NCBI GenBank assembly: GCA_903900235.1
Contig: CAIUMH010000133.1
Span: 4,889 to 68,888, forward strand
DNA length: 64,000 nt
Direction of reading: 5' to 3'
Source of the DNA: an uncultured Actinomycetes bacterium
GTDB lineage: Bacteria; Actinomycetota; Acidimicrobiia; Acidimicrobiales; RAAP-2
Shown: positions 56,468-64,000 of the stretch, in pieces
Layout: each line of letters starts with the position of its first letter
How positions within the stretch are numbered: the first letter of the stretch is position 1
Program-made: the position numbers and the translations under genes
Notes under the pieces: model-generated
Told to the model about the DNA's origin: nothing
The model's input: only the letters and a program-made list of their open reading frames with translations
Database searches by the model: none

Positions 56468-57604
56468 GTGACCAACCTCGTGGCCATCGACCTGCCCCTC
56501 GGGCCTGCGCTCATCGACGAGGTGGCTGCCACGCTGCATGCCGGCGACGCCCTCACGATCCTCGATCCTCGATGGGGAGCCGAGACTCGAGCGCAGGCAT
56601 TGCTCGCCCTGCGACCCACGGTCATCGTCGATGCCAGCGGTCGGAGCCGCCTGCCCGAAGGTGTCGCTGCCGAAGAGGGCGATGCCCTCGTGGTGCTGAG
56701 CTCAGGATCAGTGGCCGACCCCAAGGCGGCGGTCCTCACCATCGATGCCGTTGCGGCATCGGCACAGATGACCTCGACGGCCCTGGGCGTCGACCCCACC
56801 CGTCACCGCTGGTTGGCCTGCCTCCCGCCCTCGCACATCGGCGGCCTCTCGGTCATCGTCCGGTCCATCCTCACCGCTACCCCCCTTCAGTCCATCGACC
56901 AGCCGACGACTGAGCTGCTTGAGACCGCAGCTCGCGACGGAGCCACCCACGTGTCCTTGGTGACCCGACTGCTCGGGCGCATCGATCCCTCACTCTTCGA
57001 AGTGATCGTTCTCGGCGGCGCCGCCCCGCCTGCCGAACGGCCCGCTAACACGGTGACTACCTATGGGATGACCGAGACGGGCTCTGGGGTGGTCTACGAC
57101 GGCAGGCCTCTTGCTGGTGTCGAGATCGATGTCATCGATCCGGACTCCGACGGGGTCGGGGAAATCCTGATCGCCTCACCGACGCTGCTGCGCGCCTACC
57201 GGGATCGTCCGGCCCCCCTCGTCGTCGGGCCAGACGCCATGCCACGCTGGCTGGCCACTGGTGATCTCGGCCGGCTCGGCAGTACCGGCCTCCTCGAGGT
57301 GCGCGGTCGAGCCGGCGACGTCATCGTGACCGGAGGCGAGAAGGTCTATCCCGAGGATGTCGAAGCGGTGATCATGCGCCTCGATGCCGTGGCAGAGGTC
57401 GCCGTCACCCGCCGAACTGATCCGGAATGGGGCGAACGAGTGGTGGCCTTCATTGTCCCGTCGGGCGAGGCACCGACCCTCGACGAGGTCCGCGGGATCG
57501 TCAGTGAAGCCCTCGGTCGATTCGCCGCTCCTCGCGAGATCGAGCTTGTTGACCACCTGCCCCGCACGGCCATCGGAAAACTGCGTCGCTCAGCGCTCAG
57601 CTGA
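56468..57604 (+). CDS. menE: o-succinylbenzoate--CoA ligase (short actinobacterial form)
   Basis: Contains [25 protein letters not shown]...[16 protein letters not shown] and IGKLRR. Confidence 0.8.
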   Translation: MTNLVAIDLPLGPALIDEVAATLHAGDALTILDPRWGAETRAQALLALRPTVIVDASGRSRLPEGVAAEEGDALVVLSSGSVADPKAAVLTIDAVAASAQMTSTALGVDPTRHRWLACLPPSHIGGLSVIVRSILTATPLQSIDQPTTELLETAARDGATHVSLVTRLLGRIDPSLFEVIVLGGAAPPAERPANTVTTYGMTETGSGVVYDGRPLAGVEIDVIDPDSDGVGEILIASPTLLRAYRDRPAPLVVGPDAMPRWLATGDLGRLGSTGLLEVRGRAGDVIVTGGEKVYPEDVEAVIMRLDAVAEVAVTRRTDPEWGERVVAFIVPSGEAPTLDEVRGIVSEALGRFAAPREIELVDHLPRTAIGKLRRSALS

Positions 57605-58364
57605 CGCCACCAGTGGGCTGATTCGTCGTCCCACCATCGACCACCATGGTCTGACCCGTAATCCATGATGCGGCGTCGCTGAGCAAGAACAGTGCAGCGG
57701 TGGCGATGTCATCAGGCTCGCCAAGGCGGCGCAGCGGGAGGTGGGCAGCGATCTTCGCTTCGTTGGGCTCCCAGAGTGCTCGTGCCAGATCGGTCTTCAC
57801 GAGACCCGGGGCGATCCCGTTCACCCGGACGCCCGGAGCGAGTTCGAAGGCCAACTGGCTGGTGGTGTGGATCACCGCTGCCTTGGTCACGTTGTACCAG
57901 CCGATGCCCGGCTCTGGTCCGAGACCGCCGATGGACGAGATGTTCAAGATTGACCCTCCGTGCTCCTCCATCCAGGCCCGCCATGCGGCTTGGCACCAAT
58001 AGAGGATGGAGATCTGGTTGATCTCAACGGTCTTCTGCGCGCGGGTCGCGTCGATGTCCAGCATTGGTCCGAAGTAGGGATTCGTCCCGGCATTATTGAC
58101 GAGAATGTCGAGACGACCGAAGCGCTCGATCGTGGCAGCGACGGCTCGGGCCGCATCCTCCTCCCGACCGACGTGGGCCGCCACCCATGCCACATCGCCA
58201 TCGAGTCCCTCAAGCGTGACGGCTGCCGCCTCTAGGCCATCGGGCTTGCGAGACACCAACATCACATCGGCTCCGGCCTCTGCGAGTCGAGAGGCAATCG
58301 CCAGGCCGATCCCACGGCTTCCACCAGTGACCAGCGCCACCTTCCCATCCATCCTGATATCCAT
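57597..58364 (-). CDS. short-chain dehydrogenase/reductase
   Basis: VALVTGGSRGIGLAIA, NNAG, and the YNVTKAAV catalytic Y-x3-K. Confidence 0.85.
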   Translation of the reverse strand: MDIRMDGKVALVTGGSRGIGLAIASRLAEAGADVMLVSRKPDGLEAAAVTLEGLDGDVAWVAAHVGREEDAARAVAATIERFGRLDILVNNAGTNPYFGPMLDIDATRAQKTVEINQISILYWCQAAWRAWMEEHGGSILNISSIGGLGPEPGIGWYNVTKAAVIHTTSQLAFELAPGVRVNGIAPGLVKTDLARALWEPNEAKIAAHLPLRRLGEPDDIATAALFLLSDAASWITGQTMVVDGGTTNQPTGGVS

Positions 58365-58370
58365 GCTCGC

Positions 58371-58376
58371 AGCGTA
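58371..58376 (-). promoter_or_regulatory. -10 box TACGCT, leaderless start at 58364
   Basis: Minus strand reads TACGCT-gcgagc-ATG. Confidence 0.5.
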
Positions 58377-58398
58377 CCGATCCCCCTCGAGCGCGTCC

Positions 58399-58404
58399 TA
58401 ATCT
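58399..58404 (+). promoter_or_regulatory. -10 box TAATCT, leaderless start at 58411
   Basis: TAATCT-ccaccc-ATG. Confidence 0.5.
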
Positions 58405-58410
58405 CCACCC

Positions 58411-59016
58411 ATGGGCATGCTTCGCGACGTCGCCGATGCGCTGGAGATGGTCGCGGCAGTGCAGAGCGACCTCGTGGCTGACCTCCGAGCCAGCGAGCTC
58501 GATCCCGACGCCCCGTGCTCGCTGCCCGGCTGGACCCGAGGGCACGTGCTCGGCCACCTTTCCCGCAACGCCGACAGCGTGGTGCGACGCCTCGAAGCCT
58601 CCGCTGCTGGCACCGTGATCTCGCAGTACGAGGGGGGCGCCGAGGGCCGAGTCGCCGAGATAGAGGCCAGCCGTTCGCGTCCCTACGCCGAGTTAGTGAC
58701 CGACGTTGAGGAGAGCGGCGCCCGGGTCCTGGCAGCGGCCACGCTGCTCGCCGATGATGCATGGTCCTTTGAGACCCTCTCTGTCGGCGGCGAGGGTCAG
58801 AGTGCGCTGATGGTGCTCAAGCGCCGCAGCCGAGAGGTCGTGATCCACCACACCGACCTTGGGATCGGCTTCACTCCGGAGCAATGGCCTGCCACCATCG
58901 TCGATGAGTTGCTTGCCGAATGCCTCCCTCGCCTCGAGGAACGAACGGCTCGCGCCTCGCTCGCAAGCTGGCTGGTCGACCGATCGGGTGCCCCTCCCCT
59001 CGCTGCGTGGGGCTAG
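58411..59016 (+). CDS. maleylpyruvate isomerase-family mycothiol-dependent enzyme (DinB fold)
   Basis: PCSLPGWTRGHVLGHLSRNADS...EVVIHHTDLG pattern. Confidence 0.8.
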   Translation: MGMLRDVADALEMVAAVQSDLVADLRASELDPDAPCSLPGWTRGHVLGHLSRNADSVVRRLEASAAGTVISQYEGGAEGRVAEIEASRSRPYAELVTDVEESGARVLAAATLLADDAWSFETLSVGGEGQSALMVLKRRSREVVIHHTDLGIGFTPEQWPATIVDELLAECLPRLEERTARASLASWLVDRSGAPPLAAWG

Positions 59017-60102
59017 CTAGGCGCCATAGAGGCGAAAGAGTCGAGCAAAGCGTTCGTCGGGGATATCAGCCGGTGGCCGCTCGATGAGCCACTGGGCGAT
59101 ATCCATGCCCACTGCCCGGACCAGCACTGCTCCGTCGAGCTCGGCCACCCAACGGCGATCGATGGCTTCGGCACCGAGATGGGACCCGAGGAGGTTGCCG
59201 CAGATCGACCCGGTCGAGTCGGTATCGCCCGAGTGGTTCACCGAAGCCAGCAGGCCGGTGGACATGTCCGGGGCGGCCACGCTGCAGGCCAGGGCGATGG
59301 CCAGAGCCTCTTCCCCCACCCACCCTGCACCGAGCTCGCTGGCGATGGCCTCCGGGCTCGGAGGACCCGAAGCCCCAAGGGCCACCGCAGCATCGGTGAG
59401 TTCGACGAGGTCATCGGGTGCGAGCCCTCTCGCCTGCTCGTAGGCCTCTGCCGGGGAAGCACCCGCGACGATGAGGTGCACCAGCGCCGCCAAGAGCCCA
59501 GCAGGATGGAAGCCGAATCGGTGTCCGTGAGTGATGGCGGCCACCTCGCAGCCGAGGTGGTAGGCCTCCGCTGGGGCGGCGCCCAGCTCGGCCCCGGGCA
59601 CCAAGAGGCCGGCTGGAGCGGCCCGCATCACGCCACCGCACCCCTTTGAGTCGTTGATGGGCGTCGATATCGTTCCCGCGACCCCGCTACCAAGAGCACC
59701 CAGACACGTGATCCCCGGTGCCTCGACGCGATGGAGCACTGCCTCACTGATCAGGCCCCCACTCATCGCAGCTTCCGAGTCGGCATCGGGCCACAGGTCG
59801 CCGATCTCCCGACCCTGGGTCAGGAGCCAGCGCAGATACGACCGGTGCAGCAGGTGCACCGGATTGCAGGCTCCGGTGGCTTCGAGCTCCATCCCGGCTC
59901 GCAGCAGTGCCTCGGCGGTGAAGAGGGTCATCTGGGTGTCATCGGTGAAGTGGCCCGGAGGCAGGAGTGTGGTCAGTCCATCTGGCCCATAGCGCTGACG
60001 AATGTCGTCAATCGATACGAACTCAACTGGCGCACCAAGGGCATCACCCACGGCCCCGGCGAGCAGGCACCCCACCACGCGTCCCAAGGTCCCCGGCGCC
60101 AT
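59017..60102 (-). CDS. ADP-ribosylglycohydrolase family protein
   Basis: [17 protein letters not shown]...[10 protein letters not shown]...[17 protein letters not shown]. Confidence 0.85.
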   Translation of the reverse strand: MAPGTLGRVVGCLLAGAVGDALGAPVEFVSIDDIRQRYGPDGLTTLLPPGHFTDDTQMTLFTAEALLRAGMELEATGACNPVHLLHRSYLRWLLTQGREIGDLWPDADSEAAMSGGLISEAVLHRVEAPGITCLGALGSGVAGTISTPINDSKGCGGVMRAAPAGLLVPGAELGAAPAEAYHLGCEVAAITHGHRFGFHPAGLLAALVHLIVAGASPAEAYEQARGLAPDDLVELTDAAVALGASGPPSPEAIASELGAGWVGEEALAIALACSVAAPDMSTGLLASVNHSGDTDSTGSICGNLLGSHLGAEAIDRRWVAELDGAVLVRAVGMDIAQWLIERPPADIPDERFARLFRLYGA

Positions 60103-60108
60103 TGCTTC

Positions 60109-60114
60109 ACCCTA
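60109..60114 (-). promoter_or_regulatory. -10 box TAGGGT, leaderless start at 60102
   Basis: Minus strand reads TAGGGT-gaagca-ATG. Confidence 0.5.
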
Positions 60115-60191
60115 CCGAGAACGCTGCCGGTCGCGGATCGTCAGACGACGGCGTTAGGTTGGAGATGACCTCGAGAGGCGGTGTGGTCGAC

Positions 60192-61073
60192 ATGGCGAGC
60201 GTCTTGCGCATGAGTGCGGTCACCAAGCGGTTCGGGAGCACTCTCGCCCTCGATGCCTTCGACCTCGATGTGACGGAAGGGGAGATCCACGGCTTCCTCG
60301 GCCCCAATGGTGCGGGCAAGTCCACTGCCCTTCGAATGGCGCTCGGACTGCTGCGGGCCGACGGTGGCCATATCGAACTCCTCGGCGGCGACCCGTGGCG
60401 TGACGCCCCTGAACTCCACCTTCGACTGGCTTATGTGCCCGGCGAGGTCAGTCTCTGGCCACAGCTGACGGGAGGCGAGATCATCGACCTGCTCGGTCGG
60501 CTCCGCGGGGGCATCGACGCGACTCGTCGAGATGCCCTGATCGAGGAGTTCGAACTCGATCCCACGCGCAGATCCCGGGGGTATTCCAAGGGTAACCGCC
60601 AGAAGGTGGCACTGATTGCTGCCCTCGCTTCTGACGTCGAGCTTCTCCTCCTCGACGAGCCCACCAGTGGTCTCGACCCGCTCATGGAATCGATATTCCA
60701 GCGAGCGATGCGCACCGAGCGCGAGCGTGGACGCACCGTGCTGCTGTCGAGCCACATGCTCTCCGAGGTCGAAGCCCTCTGTGATTCGGTGACCATCATC
60801 CGTGCCGGCCAACGCGTGGAGCATGGCAACCTCGCCACCCTTCGCCACCTGGCCTCCACCCGGATCACCGCCACGGTCTCTCGGATCCCCGACGATCTCG
60901 GGTCGTGGTCGGGCCTCACCGACGTGATGACTGAGGGCTCGACGCTCACCTTCGCAGTTGGTGCTGACCACCTTGCGAAGACAATGGAGCGCTTGGCTTC
61001 GGCCGGGGTCACCGCCCTCGTCTCGCACCCTCCCTCCCTCGAGGACCTGTTCCTGCGGCAGTACGGGCAGTGA
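60192..61073 (+). CDS. ABC transporter ATP-binding protein (ABC-2/DrrA-like)
   Basis: Walker [10 protein letters not shown], signature YSKGNRQK and Walker [13 protein letters not shown]. The start is 60192 or 60165. Confidence 0.9.
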   Translation: MASVLRMSAVTKRFGSTLALDAFDLDVTEGEIHGFLGPNGAGKSTALRMALGLLRADGGHIELLGGDPWRDAPELHLRLAYVPGEVSLWPQLTGGEIIDLLGRLRGGIDATRRDALIEEFELDPTRRSRGYSKGNRQKVALIAALASDVELLLLDEPTSGLDPLMESIFQRAMRTERERGRTVLLSSHMLSEVEALCDSVTIIRAGQRVEHGNLATLRHLASTRITATVSRIPDDLGSWSGLTDVMTEGSTLTFAVGADHLAKTMERLASAGVTALVSHPPSLEDLFLRQYGQ

Positions 61074-62638
61074 CCCACGCTCCGCAGAGCCGATTCTGGA
61101 CCATCGTCCGCCTCGACATTCGACTTGAGCGATGGCGGGTGACGGCATGGATCATGGTGCTGGCCGCCATGCCGCCCATCATCTTTCGCTCCTACGCCAG
61201 CCTGTTTGCGAACAGCGCCCAGCGAGCCAGCATCTCAAAGGCCTTCGGCTCCAATGCCAGCCTGACCGTGATCGCTGGACCAGCCCACGACATCTCGACC
61301 ATCGGCGGCCTGACCGCATGGAAGTGCCTCATGTTCAATGCGGTGCTGGCAGCGATCATGTCGATCACCACTGTGGTTCGGCGCACCCGAGGCGATGAGG
61401 AGGCGGGACGCAGCGAATTGCTCGGATCCACACCGCTCTCCCCCTCGACGGGCCTCGCTGCTGGTGTCGTCCTTGGTCTCGGGGCCTCGGGCCTTGTCGC
61501 CGGCCTCAGTATCCTCGGACTTGTCGTCGCCGGGTCACCGCTCCTTGGAGCCTTAGGCCTCGGCGGCGCCATCGGCGGCGTGGGAATCACCTTCGTCGCG
61601 GTATCCGCAGTGGCGGCACAGGTCACCACCACTGCCAGATCAGCGAACTCCGTCGCGTTCATCGTCCTTGGTGTCGCATTCGCTCTCCGAGCAGTCGGCG
61701 ATACCACCACGTTGCACTGGCTCGACTGGCTCTCCCCTCTCGGATGGACGGAAGAAATCTCTGCCTATTCCAACACCAGGCTCGAGATCCTGGCGATGTT
61801 TGGAGCTGCGAGCATTGGCCTCCTTGCCCTCGCCAAGCTGCTCCTGATGCACCGTGACCTCGGCGCAGGTCTGCTCATCGAGCGAGCCGGTCCAGCAGCC
61901 GCCGGTCGGTTGTTGTCGAGTGCAACGGGCCTTGCCTGGCGACTTGATGCACGATGGCTGATCGTCTGGGCGATCGGCCTCAGCACCTTCGGTGCAGTCA
62001 TAGGGTCGGTGACGAGGACGATCGCCTCCCTTGGGACCAACAACACGATCCTTGCTCGAATCCTCGGCCACACCAACGCAACGTTGACCGATCAGTTCAT
62101 CGCACAGATGCTCGGGATGTTGAGCATGCTCGCTGCAGCAGCCGGCGTCCAAGCCGTCCTGCGAGCCCATGGCGAGGAGGATTCAGGTCGCGCCGAGGAG
62201 TTACTGGCAACTGGTCTCAGCAGGACACGGTTCCTTGGCAGCCATCTCGCCACCGGGCTCATCGGGAGCACCATCGTGCTCTGCACCAGTGGCTTCTCGC
62301 TCGGTCTCGCCGCGTTGGCCTCCGGAGCTCGGGTCACCACACTCGCGCTGGCGGAGGCCATCGGCGTCGAGCTGGTGCCGTGCCTGGTCCTCGTGGCGGC
62401 AGCCGCTGCACTGGTCGGGTGCCTCCCTCGATGCAGCGTGCTCGCTCTGCCCTTGGTGATCGGTACCTACATGCTGACCTCGTTCGGCGAGCTCCTACGC
62501 CTCCCAACCTGGTGCATGGACGCCTCGGTCTATGCCCACGTCCCTCGCCTCCCCGGCGGGTCAGCCGACACCGCAGCGTTGGTCTTGCTCGGGGCCGTCG
62601 GGGCCGGACTCGCCGCTGCCAGCCTCATCGGCATGTAG
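61070..62638 (+). CDS. ABC-2-type exporter permease (about 12 TM)
   Basis: 522 aa polytopic protein with a 4-nt overlap with the ATPase gene. Confidence 0.8.
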   Translation: MTHAPQSRFWTIVRLDIRLERWRVTAWIMVLAAMPPIIFRSYASLFANSAQRASISKAFGSNASLTVIAGPAHDISTIGGLTAWKCLMFNAVLAAIMSITTVVRRTRGDEEAGRSELLGSTPLSPSTGLAAGVVLGLGASGLVAGLSILGLVVAGSPLLGALGLGGAIGGVGITFVAVSAVAAQVTTTARSANSVAFIVLGVAFALRAVGDTTTLHWLDWLSPLGWTEEISAYSNTRLEILAMFGAASIGLLALAKLLLMHRDLGAGLLIERAGPAAAGRLLSSATGLAWRLDARWLIVWAIGLSTFGAVIGSVTRTIASLGTNNTILARILGHTNATLTDQFIAQMLGMLSMLAAAAGVQAVLRAHGEEDSGRAEELLATGLSRTRFLGSHLATGLIGSTIVLCTSGFSLGLAALASGARVTTLALAEAIGVELVPCLVLVAAAAALVGCLPRCSVLALPLVIGTYMLTSFGELLRLPTWCMDASVYAHVPRLPGGSADTAALVLLGAVGAGLAAASLIGM

Positions 62639-62674
62639 CGGCGCGACCTGACCTGAGAATCTGACCGGCGTGAT

Positions 62675-63286
62675 CTAGCTGGAGGACTTGCGCGCCCGGT
62701 CCACCAGCATCCAGGTGCCAGGGAGGATCAGGGCGGCGATGATCACCTTGATGGCATCGCCGAGGAGGAAGGGGGTGAGGCCGAGCGTGATGGCCTTGGC
62801 GAGGCTCACGTGGATGACGTGAGCGAGCCACGTCACACCGAAGGCATAGATGATGACATTTCCGACGACCATCGAACCCATGGCAGCGAGGACCTTGCGG
62901 TCATTGCCCTTGGCAGCCAGCAATCCGCAGACGGCAGCGGCGACGATGAAGCCGAACAGGTAGCCACCAGTCGCACCGGTCGCAACCGACCAGCCGTGGG
63001 TGTGGTTCGAGTACCACGGGACGCCGACCATGCCGAGTGCCAAGTACAGCGCCATGGCCAGTCCGCCACGCTTCCAACCCAGTGCCGAACCGGCGACGAG
63101 GACACCGAGGGTCTGGCCCGTGATCGGGACGGGTGTGAACGAGAGGTGGATGTTGATCTGAGCCAGTACACCGACGAACAGGGCAGCTCCAGCGACGAGG
63201 GCGATGTCCGTGAGGACCGACCGCGGAATCAGGTCGGCGAGGACACGACGCTGCGTGGCGACAGGAAGGGCTACTGGGCTAGTCAT
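62675..63286 (-). CDS. bioY: biotin transporter BioY
   Basis: FTPVPITGQTLGVLVAGSALG...GGYLFGF. SD AAGGAG lies 9 nt upstream. Confidence 0.9.
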   Translation of the reverse strand: MTSPVALPVATQRRVLADLIPRSVLTDIALVAGAALFVGVLAQINIHLSFTPVPITGQTLGVLVAGSALGWKRGGLAMALYLALGMVGVPWYSNHTHGWSVATGATGGYLFGFIVAAAVCGLLAAKGNDRKVLAAMGSMVVGNVIIYAFGVTWLAHVIHVSLAKAITLGLTPFLLGDAIKVIIAALILPGTWMLVDRARKSSS

Positions 63287-63436
63287 CGGGGCAGGCTCCT
63301 TAGTGGTTCTTGGTCTTGCACACTAGGCCAATGCTGAGGCGATGAGCGAGATCATCGATCACGTCGATCCTTTCGCTGTCAGACCTTCACGCCGTTGCGG
63401 GGGAGATCAGCCGGGAGGAATCAATCCCTTGGCCGT

Positions 63437-63442
63437 TACGCT
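63437..63442 (+). promoter_or_regulatory. -10 box TACGCT, leaderless start at 63449
   Basis: TACGCT-gcgcac-GTG. Confidence 0.5.
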
Positions 63443-63448
63443 GCGCAC

Positions 63449-64000
63449 GTGGATCTCACCAACCGTCTTGCCGGATCAACCAGTCCCTATCTCTTGCAGC
63501 ATGCGGACAATCCCGTTGCCTGGCAGCCTTGGGACGACGAGGCCCTGGCCCACGCAACCGAGCTCGATCGGCCGCTGCTGATCTCGATCGGGTATTCCTC
63601 GTGCCACTGGTGCCATGTGATGGCGCACGAGAGTTTCGAGGATCCGGCCATCGCGGCAATCGCCAACCGAGCCTTCGTTCCCATCAAGATCGACCGTGAG
63701 GAGCGACCAGACCTCGACAGCCTCTATATGGCGGCCACTCAGGCGGCCACCGGTCACGGAGGCTGGCCGATGACCGTCTTCGCCACCCCTGACGGTCGGC
63801 CCTTCTATGCCGGGACCTACTTCCCGCCCATCGATCGTGGCGGCCAACCCGGGTTTACCCGCGTCCTCGAGGCCCTCGAGGATGCGTGGGCCACTCAGCG
63901 AGACTCTGTCGAGACGCAAGCGGACGAACTGGCTCGTGCTGTGGCGTCAGAAGCACAGCTGGCCGATCGACTTGCCCTCGACCTCCCGGCCGATGACCTC
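63449..64000 (+). CDS. thioredoxin-domain protein (DUF255 / YyaL-like), 5' part, runs off right edge
   Basis: My translation gives [33 protein letters not shown]...[21 protein letters not shown]...[23 protein letters not shown]. It is absent from the ORF track because it has no stop in the window. Confidence 0.85.
   Translation, partial: MDLTNRLAGSTSPYLLQHADNPVAWQPWDDEALAHATELDRPLLISIGYSSCHWCHVMAHESFEDPAIAAIANRAFVPIKIDREERPDLDSLYMAATQAATGHGGWPMTVFATPDGRPFYAGTYFPPIDRGGQPGFTRVLEALEDAWATQRDSVETQADELARAVASEAQLADRLALDLPADDL

Noticed and set aside
63287-63448. A biotin-responsive operator (BirA/BioQ-type palindrome) in the 162-bp bioY/DUF255 divergent region.
   Set aside because: I found only trivial short palindromes (ATCGAT) and no TGAAC-N3-GTTCA-like or longer inverted repeat. 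The region is explained by a TAGTGT -10 plus SD leader for bioY and a leaderless promoter for the DUF255 gene.

Overview
This is a GC-rich, very gene-dense core chromosomal segment with actinobacterial hallmarks: mihF, a mycothiol-type DinB/MDMPI enzyme, menaquinone genes and an aa3-type oxidase. From memory, the gene order resembles Mycobacterium. It runs argCJBD, pheST, a TrmH-type methyltransferase, infC-rpmI-rplT, hisG, the rib genes, rpe-fmt-def-priA-metK-coaBC-rpoZ-gmk-mihF, pyrR-BC-carAB-pyrDF, a cytochrome oxidase structural and biogenesis cluster, nusB-efp-pepP-aroQBKC, tyrS, menDHABE, then a few accessory-looking genes (SDR, DinB, ADP-ribosylglycohydrolase, ABC-2 exporter, bioY, DUF255). 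I call about 60 protein genes, roughly 80 percent of them on the minus strand. Many start/stop overlaps (ATGA, GTGA, TGATG) were used to correct ORF-track starts. I found no rRNA, tRNA, CRISPR array, transposase, integrase or recognisable defence genes, and I do not see a convincing novel multi-gene system. The observations most worth a second look are: (1) an anomalous ~650-nt non-coding gap (3915-4563) holding a candidate ~146-nt structured RNA; (2) a recurrent TANNNT-N6-start architecture implying that most operon-first genes are leaderless, which also exposes a leaderless 12-codon uORF; (3) unusual proteins in the oxidase cluster (a Cx3C cupredoxin-like protein, a CtaD with an extra N-terminal 2-TM module, and a polytopic-membrane::SCO fusion with an unknown secreted protein); (4) non-canonical starts for infC (ATA) and the TrmH-type methyltransferase (no ATG/GTG/TTG available). 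All functional calls rest on my reading of motifs in the supplied translations. No database search was run.
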